A stretch of 64,000 nucleotides of DNA, from assembly GCA_907165135.1 (NCBI GenBank), contig OU015567.1, forward strand, positions 6,634,001-6,698,000. The letters are read 5' to 3'. Shown one piece after another: positions 1 through 12,493 of the stretch. The notes beneath the pieces are model-generated. The model made no database searches, was not told the DNA's origin, and saw only the letters and a list, made by a program, of their open reading frames with translations. Both the position numbers and the translations under genes were made by a program. The DNA is from Oikopleura dioica (lineage: Eukaryota; Animalia; Chordata). Each line of letters begins with the position of its first letter. The stretch's first letter is position 1.

Positions 1-598
1 CTTCATCTGCAGCTTTTCTTTGCATGATACTTCCTCTCTGAAATGGATTTTAATAGATATTCTGGTGGATAATGAATTACGATAGTAGTTTCTTGAATCG
101 CTCGACTTCGTTATGAGCCTCGGCAGCGGCAATTTTGTAGCGAGCAGCGTCGACTTCTGCTTTGATTCGGGTCTGGACATCTTCGATTGTTTCTTGCTTT
201 GGCTTTATTCGCGGCTGAGCGGTTTGTTGAAAATGATTTGGTGGAACGTTCTGCTGATAGTGTCGGTTCTGCTGATGGGATTGGCGAGGTGAAATTAGTG
301 GTGAATCGTTGCCCCATCTGTCCAGCAAAATCGCACCAGAAGCGGATCGTTCGAATGGAGGTAGTTCTGTTGGACTAGGGCCGTACGTCGTCGGGGAGGC
401 TCTAAAGAATTTATAGGGCAACGAAAGCACAAATGTTTCAAACCCTTTTCGATAGGTACTGTGTTGCTCTTTTTTGATTGATTCAGGACTCGTTTGTACC
501 GAGGCTATCTTGGGGCTTTTGATCGTGGAGCTTTCGGATTTTGGAGGTGAGATAGTGTCAGTAAGAAAGTCCAACGGGGTGAGCGGTTTTCGTGACAT
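1..598 (-). CDS. Hypothetical protein (S/P/Q-rich N-terminus, then coiled coil); 3' end runs off the window
   Basis: 173-aa ORF with a tag acceptor 1 nt before the ATG; a GT-AG intron at about 78-37 continues the frame (LLS|EEVSCKEKLQMK) to the window edge. Confidence 0.6.
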
Positions 599-670
599 TC
601 TAGTGTAAAGCTGACATAGTAAAAAAAAAGGATAGTTTCGTAATTTTTGGAAAATAAAAGGTAGAATTAA

Positions 671-868
671 TTATTTTTTCTTCATTAGGTCAGAAAGGAC
701 TTTTCTGTAGCAATTTTTAAACTGTTCAAATTCCCGTCGACAGTCGCCCTTTTGAATATCTTGCCAGCTGTTGACGCAGTTTCCGTAGACGATCGCTTCT
801 CGGCCGCAGCCAACGAGGGCTTCGGACATTTTGTGAATTGGTCGGGCTAGAGGTCGAGTTGGTTTCAT
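671..868 (-). CDS. NDUFAF8: Twin CX9C mitochondrial complex I assembly factor (NDUFAF8/C17orf89-like)
   Basis: 65 aa with CGREAIVYGNC and CRREFEQFKNC, matching the recalled NDUFAF8 pattern CGAEAAAYGRC...CAREFEALRSC; tttcag acceptor just upstream of the ATG. Confidence 0.8.
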   Translation of the reverse strand: MKPTRPLARPIHKMSEALVGCGREAIVYGNCVNSWQDIQKGDCRREFEQFKNCYRKVLSDLMKKK

Positions 869-1000
869 TTTCTGAAAGAAAAAGGGGTAAACGAAAGCTG
901 AAGTGAATGAAATGATGGTAGATGGATCGTTTGGAACATGAAGAAAGTCTTGAAGATGGGTGAGATAGCAATGAACCGTGAGAACTGATAAAGACGAATT

Positions 1001-3514
1001 CTAATTTGAGGGATCGAAAAGAGCGCTGATTTCCTCTTGAACTTGGGCAGGCGTAAAGACGAAATATTTAGTTGGCTTTGAGGTGAAATCGCTTTTCTTC
1101 TGCCCAGCTTCCCAGAGTTCCGTGTAACTCGATGTAAGTAGTCGACTGATTTCGTCCTTTAGATCGTTCCGTAAAGCTTCATCGGGAACCGTGAGAGTCT
1201 TACAGGTGCTGCTGAGCTCGGTGAATTTCGAATTGAAGTCCTGGAAATAATTAATTATTTATTTTTAGCGAAATAGGGACTAACCCGGAAAAGCTCCTTT
1301 AGTTTCTGTTTCTCGCCTCCAGAAACTTTACTCGTGCTCATTTTTATCTCTGACAGGTCGATTTTGCGCTAAAAAAGTACCGTCTATTGTCCACTAAATA
1401 AAATAAAACGCACCTTTATTTCAACCCAAAGGTCTAAAAACTCGTCCCGTCGTTTTTCCTCTTCAACTGCCAATTGATTGTTGACGAAATCATCATGAGT
1501 AGACTCGATGTGTTTTGAAAGCTTCGATGAAGTGAGCTTTTTGCAAATGTAATGCTGATTGTTCAAGAAAAATAGTTTCTTTCTCGTCTCGTCCGGGTAC
1601 TGGAAGCTTTTCGTTTGCGTGGCTAGGGCAATGGCACCGATGATTCCAACCATGTAGTCCGAAAATCCACCTTGTCGTTTTCCTGGCCCGAGGATTTTTG
1701 AGTTTGGTACATAAATTACATTTGAAACTGTCCAAATCAAGGAAGAGTATTACCATTTGCTATTTAAATCCCCGATTCCTGTATGCGTAAAGATTTGATT
1801 GACAAGCTCACTGTACTCTTCCAGCGAGTTCAAAAAATATAATGCATCTGAAATCAGATTATGCACCGTCGCATCGTCAGGCAAGTTGTTTTTCGGTTTA
1901 TCTTGCTGAACCATTTCTTGATAACGCTTATTTTTGATGCAAAATTAGTCCCTTATCAGATAATTTGATTGTTCATATCTGAGTTGAGCAACCTGTGTAG
2001 AAACCTGACTCAGGGCCTTATCCTCAAGCAGGTTCGCCAGAAAAAGGTTTTTCAGGACCCTGGCTCAGGTTTCTGCACAGGATTTCGTGCCCAGATTTGT
2101 ATTGATGCACCTTTCCTGGAGAACATCAGCAGCAGCGGACTCCATGTTCCGGAGAACTTGGGGAATAAATCGGCGATTTTCGTCTGAAGCAAATTGAAGA
2201 GCACTTGTAGCTTGGGACTGGATTTTCTGAAGAACTTGAAGCAAAGGACAGAGTTCGATAAAAGCGCCGAATTCTTCGTTGTCGCATCGATTTAGCTCTG
2301 CGAGAAGCTTGTCGGCTGTTAGATTCAGTTGAAAAACAGAGTTTGAGATGATTTTATCGAGCACGTCTCCGACTGTATTTTCGGGAAGGACTTCCTGTGC
2401 AACTTTTACTTCCCGATCTGCGAGGCGAACAAACGCTTGAAAGGCGATGGAAGTCGAGTAGACATTCAGGTCCACGGGCGCTGATTTCTTGGGATTCGGA
2501 GACGATCCCATTTCGGAAACGCTGAAGGACTTGTTGAGCGTCGATCGCATCGATAAAGTCCTCGAGAATTTGGACTTCCCGATGGACTTGCGCGCTTTTG
2601 TTGCTCTGCGAATGGTGAAGTTTTTCTTGGCCGGGGTTTCTTTTGAAACTGAGCTTTGGGCAGCTTCTTTGACGGCGGAAATGTTCTGGGCGAAGATTTG
2701 TTCTCTTGTTCGTGCGTAAGTGTCCGAAAATTCTAGAGGAAGTTTTAGATTTTTTCTCGCAGATTTAAGTTAGATCATCTAACCCTAACTTTCTTTAACT
2801 GACCGCTGATGGAGCCGAATCGCTCAAAAATCCACTCGCTCATTTTCTTCAGCTCATCCATCGTCTTCTCTGACTCCTCGTTGTTATCAATCAGGGAGAG
2901 TCCAGAAGAAAGAGCTGTAAGAAGAAATTTCGGATCCTCGCATGTCGCGCTCGATTTCAACAAAGCTTCGTAATACACGAGCAGTTTTTTCCGCCCGGTT
3001 TCGACGAGCGATGAGACCTTTCGGAGCTCCGGCGAGTCTGGAGATGATTTTTTGAAAAACTCCTCGGCTTCGAGTAAATCCGTCATTGCAGTTGTGTAGC
3101 GAACCACGTGTTCGGAAGGATCTGTATTGATGATCGCTTGATTTCGCTTGACGACATTGTGGTAGCCAATGACGTTTTCAATCGAATTCATCACTTTCCC
3201 GAGATTTTCTTGAAGGCGCTGGAGATCTTTCGTTTGCCGATGAACAGGAATCACTGCTTTTTCAAGCTTTTCAAGTCGCGATCCGAAGCTCTCGAGAATT
3301 CCGGACATTTGAGTTGTCATTTCCCTCGAGCTAAATACGAAAAATTATCAAGAGCTTATCCAAATTCCAAAATATTTGTTATCAGACATCATCTAGCTAA
3401 TTAACATCGCAGCTGCTTATCAATGACAGATTTTTCTGCTAATTCAAACTAATTAAGAGAGTGTCCTAATCTGATCTAGACGAGGCACTCTTTCCCGAAC
3501 ACCTGCTCGTTCAT
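1001..3514 (-). CDS. EXOC7: Exocyst complex component 7 (Exo70), multi-exon; 5' exon boundaries approximate
   Basis: SGILESFGSRLEKLEKAVIPVHRQTKDLQRLQEN, NLPDDATVH, KLFFLNNQHYI, C-terminal KYFVFTPAQVQEEISALFDPSN* match Exo70 motifs. Confidence 0.9.
1977..2096. mobile_element. CTGAGTCAG-family MITE in an EXOC7 intron
   Basis: GCAACCTGTGTAGAAACCTGACTCAGGG ... CCCTGGCTCAGGTTTCTGCACAGG inverted pair. Confidence 0.8.
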
Positions 3515-3563
3515 ATTTATACCCAAGAATCTAACCAAATGTATCACAATCAAAAAATCAAAA

Positions 3564-3905
3564 ATGAGTCAAACAATGACCCCAGTAAGCCGACGAAGAA
3601 AAAGCTCAGCTCCCGTTTTTGGTGAAGGAAAGCAGTGGACCCCGAAATTCCGAAGACATTCGCTCGTTCTCGACGAGCACGAATCAACTGATTTCCACAC
3701 AACGCCAGTAAAAGAGGGTACGAATCTGACATCCTTGAAAAAAATCAAGAAAACGCTGCGAAAAGTCCTCCGACTCCCCCGAAAATGCTCAAAAGCCCTC
3801 TTTCTCGACGAGGATCGAAAAGATTCATCGTCCTCTTCAGCCAACGAAATCTCCTCATCCCCCAACGAGTCGCTCATGTTTTGGGAAGAAAACTACGATG
3901 CCTAA
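3564..3905 (+). CDS. Hypothetical single-exon basic/Ser-rich protein, head-to-head with EXOC7
   Basis: 113-aa ORF after an AT-rich leader (caaaaATG), followed by AT-rich 3' sequence; no homology recognised. Confidence 0.5.
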   Translation: MSQTMTPVSRRRKSSAPVFGEGKQWTPKFRRHSLVLDEHESTDFHTTPVKEGTNLTSLKKIKKTLRKVLRLPRKCSKALFLDEDRKDSSSSSANEISSSPNESLMFWEENYDA

Positions 3906-4271
3906 GCATTACAATTTCAACCCCAATCTAGGGTTCAAAAATCTTTCAGTTCACAAGATTTCTTATTCATTCAGAAAACCAAGGTGAAAATTTTCTGATG
4001 TTCATGGACCATTCTGCCTTTCAAAAAAGTAAAAACTATCCTTTTTCTTTTACATTTGTCAGCGTGTATCTTTTTACCTCAACATGCAATTTCGTATCGC
4101 ATCGATCTTCTCCTGGTCTTTTGCTATTTGGCTTTCAATATCGCGTCTTCTCGATATTGCACAAAACTCCGTCATCTACAAAATTACGTGTCTTTTATTA
4201 TCTGTCCACTGAATGGTTTATACAGTCAATAGTCAAAATAAGAGTCGTTCGGTTAACAATTCGATTTCATT

Positions 4272-6872
4272 TTACTTCACTCGTTTCGCCTTCGTCTTCA
4301 ATGGATCGTTCGCTTTTCTCTTCTTGAGCAAGGCTTGCTTTTCTTTCGTCGACAGTCCCTTTTTGTGATAATTCTTGGTTTTCGATTTCAGCCGCGCGTT
4401 TTCGATATTCAGTGAGTTTTTGATTTGTGCGGGGAGCAGGTAAGTTGGAATATTCGCCAAATCGGATCGTTTCGACACTTTTTTCAAGTTTGCATCGTGT
4501 CGCAGCGCTAGCAGGTCGTTTTCATGTCGAGTAAAATACTCTTCCTAAAAAATGAAAGGAGATCTTCGAGGTTTTTATTTCATTATTTACCTGTAGTTTC
4601 TTTGAATTCAAGATCGCCTGTTTGATTTCGGCGACTCGGCTGTCTCGGATTGCTCTTTTGCTGCACTTGTCAAGCGCATCTGATGCTCTTCCTCTGAATA
4701 AATAAGTTAATTTAAACAGGAACTCAATGAAACAAGAAATTCCTACCTTAGACCTTCAACTTCTTCCATTTTGAACTTGAATCGATCAACAGGGATTCCC
4801 GTCACTTCCGTCACTTTATCCAGTACGTCTCTTTCTTCTTGCCCGATCATCAAATTAATGACTCGCCCTTTGTTGTCTCCTCTTGCTGTTCGCCCTGCTC
4901 GGTGAATGTACTGCTTGGCCGAAGTAGGGAAATCGAAGTTGATGACGTTGGAGACGTTCTGAAAGTCGATTCCTCTCGACACGCCGAATTCCCGATGATC
5001 TTCTTCTTGCGTTTTTGACTTTTTCTTCTTCGAATCTTTTTCCTAAAATCCAAGAGTTTAGAAAAAAACAAAGTTGAAAAGCGGGCCCACCTCTTTTTTA
5101 GCTTTCGTGTGTTCTCCTTCTTGAATTTCCTCATCCAGATCGACCTGATCGTTGGCAATCATGATGTCGAACTTTCCTTTATTGAACTGTTGCACTGCGT
5201 TGTGACGAGAAGCAGCGGCTAGTTCGGAGCTCAGGACAACTGAAGGTATTCCGAATTGCTTCAGGAAGAGTTTCAGCTTGTAACACCTAAAATTTCCGTA
5301 AAACAGATATTTTTGGCCGCTTTTTTGAAGCCGATTGGGCTGCACAATCTGTGTAGAGATCTGAGTAACTCATATTCCCTTTTTTCAACCCCTTTTTTAC
5401 CTATTTGTTCCACAAGCAAAGACAAGCGATTTTCCTCTGACGATTCTCAACTTGAGAAAGCTCAAAATCACCAAGTACTTTTCAAAGTCTTCGTTCAAAT
5501 TAATCTGATATTGCTGGAGAACTTCCGCGTTCGGCAACGAGGAGTCGTCGAGCTTGAGCGTTACTGGATTCCGAAGCGCTAGTTTCTTCATTTTTTCGAC
5601 TTGTTCTGAGAGGGTGGCGGACATGAGGAAGGATTGCTGCGTTCCAGGGAGATATGTGACGATTTCCGCGACCATTTTGTCGTTTCCGAATCCGAAGAGA
5701 AGATCGGCTTCGTCCAGGACCATGACTGAGAGTTCTTCGAGGGAGAGACGCTCCGATTTTAGCGCATTTAGGATTCTGGAAAGAAAAAAATAAGCTTTTG
5801 AAAAATGCTTTTTTCAATTATTACCTTCCAGGAGTTCCGATCACGATGGATGCGGAAATAGCTGATTCAGACTCAACTTCTGATCCAAGCTCGTAAATTG
5901 AAATCGAATCGAGGCATTTGACACAGAGTTCTCGGACGACAGCTTCGATTTGCGAACATAACTCCCTCGTAGGGCCGATTATTAGAGCACGGGAGCTGGG
6001 GATGTGGAGGATTCGCTGGACAATCGGGATCAAGTACGCACCGGTTTTTCCAGAGCCAGTTCGGGCCTTGGCCAGAATGTCTTTTCCTTTCAGAGCGATT
6101 GGCAACCCGGCTTCTTGGATTTCTGTCGGCTCTTTCCAACCTTTACAGTGTTTTTCAATCCGAAATTTAGCGAAAATGGCTTCTCAAAAAAAGCGTTATC
6201 GCTTCTTTAGTAGGAAAAGATGCCCTAGTTTTTGTCGTCCTTGATCTAGGATCGACAAATGCCCCCGAAATCCGGATCGGGTTTTCGTCGGATTTCCTTG
6301 AAGTCTGATTTTTCCGATCGGGTTTTTGTCGGGTTTTCGTCGGGTTTTTGTCGGGTTTTTATCGGATTTTTGTAGGGTATTTTTCGGGTTTTTGTAGGGT
6401 ATTTTTCGGGTTTTTGTAGGGTATTTTTCGGGTTTTTATCGGGTCTTTGTCGGGTTCTTGTCGGGTTTTCACAACACTAAAGTTGATACAAGTAGAATGA
6501 ATCCAAATCGGCGAAACTAGACAGAATTTTTGGTTTACAGAATTTCGGGTACTATCTTTAATCAGATTGATGAGTAGATCTGAAGAGAAACCCGACGAAA
6601 ATACCCTACAAAAATCCGATAAATGACCCTATAAAAACCCGATTTTGTAGGGTCGCCAGAATTTCAGCATCGGGTTTTTGTAGGGTCGGCAGAATCCAAC
6701 AAAAACCCGACAAAAACGTCGGTTTTCGATCGGGTGTCGGGTGGGACTTGTCGATCCTAGTCCTTGATTTCAAAACATTTCCTAGTGCAGCGATCCCAGC
6801 CAAAATTCTTGGGTCAAGTCCGAAGGAATTCCACTGCGCGATTTCCTGCGTTTCCTCCCCCGCTTCTGACAT
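4272..6872 (-). CDS. DDX56: DEAD-box RNA helicase DDX56/Dbp9
   Basis: GWKEPTEIQ, ARTGSGKT, VLDEADLL, SAT, SRGIDFQNVSNVINFDFP, YIHRAGRTARG and a basic C-terminus ending NDPLKTKAKRVK. Confidence 0.95.
6246..6760. mobile_element. Non-autonomous DNA transposon (hAT-like MITE) in DDX56 intron 1
   Basis: 13-bp perfect TIR CTAGGATCGACAA; 8-bp direct repeat TCCTTGAT at 6238-6245 and 6761-6768; internal CGGGTTTT subterminal repeats in opposite orientations. Confidence 0.9.
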
Positions 6873-7032
6873 TTTTCCGAATTCGGCTTCTATGAAAACA
6901 AAACAATTGTGAAACTTTTTTTTTTATTTATATATTACGTTTTTGAAATGTGGATTTTTTTAAGTTTTTAGAAAAACAGGAATGAGTGAAGTGAGGCAGA
7001 AAATGTAGTGAATATTGATTTTTTCGTGAGTT

Positions 7033-9136
7033 TCAAGTTGTGTATGTGTCAGGGCTGAAAATGTGAGGAGCAGGTTCTTCCGCTGAAGGGTTGATGATCG
7101 CTTGGACATCTTTGATGAACGACTGAAGAGTCATCGCGTTCTTCGTGGATTGAACCAGCTGCTCGAGGAGTTCATCGTCCGACTCAGTTTCGGACTCGGA
7201 GCTCGACGAGGAGGATTCGGCGCTTTCTTCCAGCTAAAGAGTCGAATGAAAAAGCGTTTTAAAAATGGTTTTTCATTACCAAGTCTCGCCAATTTTGAAC
7301 TTCGGGCAATTTCGGCTGTGCCTTTGGCGCAGGTTTTCTGGCTATTCTTCGCTTTCCACGAGTGACTTCGGTTTCATGAGCAGAATCGTCAGGAGCGCTC
7401 TGGCTTTTTCGGCCTCTGACGATCGTGTGAGTTTTGTTGCTCGCGCGGACAAGGGTGCGAGTTTTTGACGAACTCTCTTCCTCGAAATCGAGGCTTCTAT
7501 TCGCAGCGGCTTCTGTTTTTAGTTCATCAAGAATTTCTTCAAGCGAAATTTGGACCTGAGCTCAGCAACCTGAGTCAGGCCCTGAAGGGGCAAAATCGCT
7601 AATTTTGATGAACAGTTCCTTTCACAATCGTCGGATTTCCTTCCCCTGCTCTCACCAGCGTGACCGTCTTGGACGGACTCGTTCTATCTGCTCCATTCGA
7701 AGCCCTGTAAATCGTCCGCGTTTTGGACTGCGACTCCGTTTGATCCACTCCTCTCATGATTGTGCGCGTTTTGTTTCCCTTGACGATGGTTCTTGTCTTT
7801 GAATTTGGCGAACTCGCGAATTGCGAATCTGCACAGCCTCGGACGATTGTTCTTGTTGAGTCGCCGATGCTTTTTCGATTTTGAGTTGGCTTTTTTAAAG
7901 GTTGAAAAGGGAACTTTTTCATGAAAAAATTGATTCATTTTCTTGAAAATTTCATGAAACAATAAAACTTTTCAACCCTTTCCTCAACAGGCGCTGTTTC
8001 AGAAAAAACATTCTTCCGATTTCTCCTCAATCTGAAATGCTGCGATTCGTTCCTCAATCCTCGCATTTGCGCGAGCGGCACGGGCGACCACTGTTCCGAT
8101 TTCCTCGGTTTCTTCGATTTGGTCAAATCGATCATTCCGTTCTTTGTTGATAAGGGCTTCTTCTTGGCGCTTGGAAAAGTCGAGTTTGGAACGATCGGAT
8201 CGTTGAAAAGGTCATCAAAGGTGAGATTTTTCGATGACGAGTTGTTTCGTCTTTGCCGGATTTCAAAAATTCTATAAAATTTAAAGAAATTAAATTAATA
8301 GAAGATTTTTCAAATCCGAATTTCCTATCGAAGGACCTATTTGACTTTTCGTGGAATTTCCTCGCTTTGCTCTTTATCAAGTTCTCCTGCGACGAGTCCG
8401 AGTGTTGGTAATAATCGTGAATCGAGTCTGCCGACGAATCTCGCATCACATCATACACAGGGACGCTTCTCTTCGCTCGAACAGTTCTATTCCGCGGCTT
8501 TTTAATAATCACAGCTTTGTCGGATCGCGCATCGGAATTTTCTTCTTCTCTTGGAACGTCGAAGGTCTCGTTGTTCGCAACTCCTGGCTTCGGAAGAGTC
8601 TCGTCGTCGCCGCTTGAATTCATGATCGACGAAACATCGTCTTCGTCTTCCGATAAGTGCACTTGCTGGTTCACTTTTCTGGATTTTCACCAAGTTCTCG
8701 AATACAGGGAGCTCAGCCTGGGCTCGGCAACCAGTGTAGAAAACCTGAGTCAGGGTCTGAAAGATCTTGAATGTAAAAACGAAGCCGCGAAGCGGCTTTT
8801 CAATGAAAATCTTTCAGACCCTCACTCAGGTTTCTTCACAGGCTGCCTGATGGTTTCAGCCAATCAAAAACCCGTATTTTTGGAAATATCTTGTTTTCAA
8901 ATACGAGTTTCTGATTCGCTAAATAGCCTTTTTTCCATGAAATCCGTTCCTGATTGAGTCCTGTGATCATTTGTCGACTCCAGCGTTTCTCCAATCGTAT
9001 CCGAATTCTCATCAGACGAATCCCTCGTGACACTCTTCACCGGAATGATCCTTCTTCTCTTGACTGTCCGACTTCTTCGCTCTTGTAAGTCTGTTTCTCG
9101 ATTTTTCGGCGTCGACCATCGCTCCCGATCTCTCAT
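7033..9136 (-). CDS. Hypothetical low-complexity protein with eight KTRTIVRG-like repeats and an acidic C-terminus
   Basis: Exons joined by eye: MRDRERWSTP..., NQQVHLSEDEDD..., repeat exons 7599-7922 and about 7290-7555, terminal ELEESAESSSSSSESETESDD...TYTT*. Confidence 0.65.
8718..8848. mobile_element. CTGAGTCAG-family MITE, intronic
   Basis: CTGGGCTCGGCAACCAGTGTAGAAAACCTGAGTCAGGG, central AAGCCGCGAAGCGGCTT, inverted CTCAGGTTTC. Confidence 0.8.
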
Positions 9137-9231
9137 ATTTTCTGAAACACTTTTATAAAAAATTACTTTCTTTTTAAAAAATAGTCGCAATAAATTTTCA
9201 CTTTCACTATTTCGAATGATTCAATTTTCGA

Positions 9232-9290
9232 GCGCCGCGCTGATTGGCTCGCGCGCTCGCTTGATGACGTCACTGGCGGAGGAAAATCTC
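9232..9290. promoter_or_regulatory. Bidirectional promoter: CCAAT box in GC-rich E2F-like context plus CRE (TGACGTCA)
   Basis: GCGCCGCGCTGATTGGCTCGCGCGC and TGACGTCA between divergent ATGs at 9136 and 9350. Confidence 0.5.
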
Positions 9291-9349
9291 CCCGTGATAC
9301 GAAAAAAATCGGAATTGATAAGTAATTGAAAAGACTGAAAACACCTTCA

Positions 9350-10278
9350 ATGATTAGAGGCTTACTTTCTAAGAGGCGGCTTTTTCTCAATCACAAAATG
9401 GTCTTTGTCGTCAATTCTAAGCTAAAGAAAGGTCAAAATTATTCATTATTTTTGATTAAAGTCTTTATCAAAATAACGAGTACTAAATCTTCTATAAGTC
9501 GACGACTTAAAGTCGTTATGCACTTTTTCCCAGGCGCGGGACTTACCATTTGTCTTTGATCTCGTCCTCATTTCATTTCTTTCTCAACCCTTTTTCGACC
9601 TCCAAAAGACTCCAAAAGGTGATCTGGCCGTTGCCACTGCTGATGCTGCTGTCAAGGGTTTTAGCCGCCAAGTTGAAGTTCTCATGCTAATAAAAGTCTT
9701 CTAGAAAAGATTCCGTCTTTTCTCAAGATTTCGCGAGAATAGCCTGAGCTCGGCAACCTGTGTGGAAACCTGACTCAGGGTCTGAAAGAACTTTTAGCTC
9801 TGACTCAGAAATGGTACTTTTGCAAAGCCGCTTTGCGGCTTTCTTTTTTGGAAGAACTGCTACGCGGCTTTTCATTAAAGACCTTTCAGACCCTGACTCA
9901 GGTTTTTTACCGAGCCGAGCAACTAGTTTGATGGCTAAAATCCTTGTCCGCCAGTTGTTCCAAGAAACGAATGAAAAAACAAAAGTGCTTTATCTCGCCA
10001 GTGGCAGTACAAAAGTCATGCTCAAAGGTGGCGAGGAGTGTCTATTGTCGCTAGAATCTAAAGCCAAGGAGTTTGAGCTAAACCGAGTGGCTATTCAGAA
10101 TCAAAAAAGCGGAGAAATGATTTTACTCGCAATTGGCCCTGAGTTATTAGGGTCTAATCTTGCTCTTTTTTCCTCCTTGATTTCAATGTAGAAAATCCTA
10201 TCTTTTACGATTGATTAGACCCAAAACAAGAGCGCTACAGAAATCGACAGAGTAACTGGCCATTTAAAACTTTTGTAA
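9350..10278 (+). CDS. Peptidyl-tRNA hydrolase 2 (PTH2)-fold protein with degenerate active site
   Basis: Spliced: KMVFVVNSKLKKG|DLAVATADAAVKGF...GSTKVMLKG...ILLAIGP...EIDRVTGHLKLL*; follows PTH2 KMILVV, AAV, KVVVK, LGIGP, IDKVTGHLKLY. Confidence 0.8.
9744..9921. mobile_element. CTGAGTCAG-family MITE in PTH2-like intron
   Basis: Same TIR, internal AAGCCGCTTTGCGGCTT. Confidence 0.8.
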
Positions 10279-10395
10279 TTCGTCTTTGATCCCAAAAGGG
10301 CACAAATATTTAACCGCACCTGCAAATAACTACAGAGTTATTCAAAATTCTTCTTCAAAGGCACATTTTTCCACTGTTATCTTTTTAGAGAAAAG

Positions 10396-12192
10396 ATGAG
10401 TTTTGAACGCGCGGCTGGAACGAAGCAGGTCAAGTACGGAACGGCCGGTTTTCGCGGACCAGCTAACGATGGCCAAATGGGCTTTATTGTCAAAAGGTCG
10501 GGAATTACCGCGGCTTTGAGATCGAGAAAGTTGGGCAAGGCAACTGGCTTGATGATTACTGCTTCTCACAATCCTGTTCAAGACAACGGCGTCAAGGTTT
10601 GCCAAAGATCTTATTTTTGAAATCAACTTTGGAAAAGGTAACAGAGCCTCTTGGTGAAATGCTCGTCCCAAGTTGGGAAGGTCTCGCCACAAATCTGACC
10701 AATGCAGATGACCTCAATGCTGAGGTCGAAAAAATCATCAAAGACGAGGAAATTTGCTCTTCCTCCGAAGGACTTGTCGTTCTTGGCCGAGATACTCGAC
10801 CAAGCAGGTAATTTACTGTAACTGAGTCTTTGTTAATTTTCCATAGCTCCGAATTATCGTATGCCGCTGCTGAGGGGATCATCCAGGCTCAGTCTAGATC
10901 TCTGAATTTAGGCGTTGTAACAACACCGCAACTTCACTACTTAACCTACAAAATCAACACGGGAACGCCCGTCTTCAAGCTCGACTTGGATCTGTATTAT
11001 TCCGATTTCACCAATGCCTTTTTGGAAATCACCAAGGTACAAATCTTCGTCCAAAAACCACCCTATTTTAATGTAGAATTCTGCCAATCTCGGTAACCTT
11101 GTGGTCGACTGCGCCAATGGCGTCGGTCATTTAGCCGGAGCTCAGTTCGCCAAGCGGCTCGAGTCAAAGGTCAATGTCAAGCTGACTAATGTCGGAGATG
11201 GGCAGCTCAATCATGAGTGCGGAGCCGATTTTGTCAAAACTGGCCAAAGGTAATCGCACAAATACCGGATGAAAACATCAAAAACATACTGTATATCTTG
11301 CTTCAAAAACTCGCTTATCTGATAATCATCATCATCCAAGAGCTCCAGTTGGATCCGAAATGGAAGAGGGCGTGCGATACTGCTCAGTAGACGGCGATGC
11401 TGATCGACTGGTCTATTACTTTTTGAGAAATGGAAAGTTCTTCCTCCTTGATGGCGACAGAATCGCTTGCTTGATCGCTACTTATCTTCAAAAACGTCTC
11501 GGAGAGGTATGTTTTCGAACTCGATCAAAAAAAGCAGTCCTTTTTGAAAGGAGACATCGGTTAACTTCGGCGTCGTTCAAACTGCTTATGCCAACGGAGC
11601 GAGCACCAACTACTTATCCTCTCTTGGAATCAAAACTGTTTGCACCAAGACCGGCGTGAAACACCTCCACCACGCCGCTTTGGACTTCGACATCGGTGTT
11701 TACTTCGAGGCAAATGGCCACGGAACCGTGCTTTTCAACGAATCCGCGATCGGAAAACTCGAAAAAGAAGGCCAGACGGAAATTCTAGCGCTCGCCAAAC
11801 TCGTCAATCAAACTGTCGGTGATGCCTTCTCCGATATGCTCGCTGTCGAAGCTGTCTTGCATTTACTCAACTGGAGCATTGAGGATTGGGCGGCGATGTA
11901 CTCCGACTATCCAAATCGACTCATGAAGGTCAAAATCGCCAACCGAGCGGATATCCAAGTGACTAACGCTGAAAGAACTTGCCTGGCTCCAGCTGGTCTT
12001 CAGGAGAAACTCGACGCCCTGGTCGCCCCAGTGACGAACGGAAGATCATTTGTGCGAGCAAGTGGAACGGAAGATGTCGTCCGAGTCTACGCAGAAGCCG
12101 ACACTGCCGAGAACTGTAATAAATTGTCCATCGACGTGGCAAATTTAGTTTACGACATGGCAAATGGTCAAGGCGACAAACCATCACTGTGA
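10396..12192 (+). CDS. PGM3: Phosphoacetylglucosamine mutase
   Basis: YGTAGFR, MITASHNP..DNGVK, DCANGVG, DGDADR, VQTAYANG, GVYFEANGHG, RSFVRASGTEDVVRVYAEA. Confidence 0.97.
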
Positions 12193-12493
12193 ATCTCTTT
12201 TGACAGAATATTCAGTTGTCAATTCCGGGCAAAATCAATTCAATCATAATAATTTGCACAATTTCTGTATTTTCCAAAACAGTTCTTTTCGCAAATAAAT
12301 TAAAAATATTAAAATTTATATGAAGCTAAAAATTGAGAAAATTGAAACTGGGAAAAATGCTGGCTGCAAGTTTTTTTTTCTTTTAATATTTTCATCAATA
12401 CAGTTTTTTATGTTTCTAAGCGTTCTAGTGAGAAGAAGTTTTGATTGATTATTCACAATATTCATTATTTTTTGGCGGGGCTTGGTACTAGTA

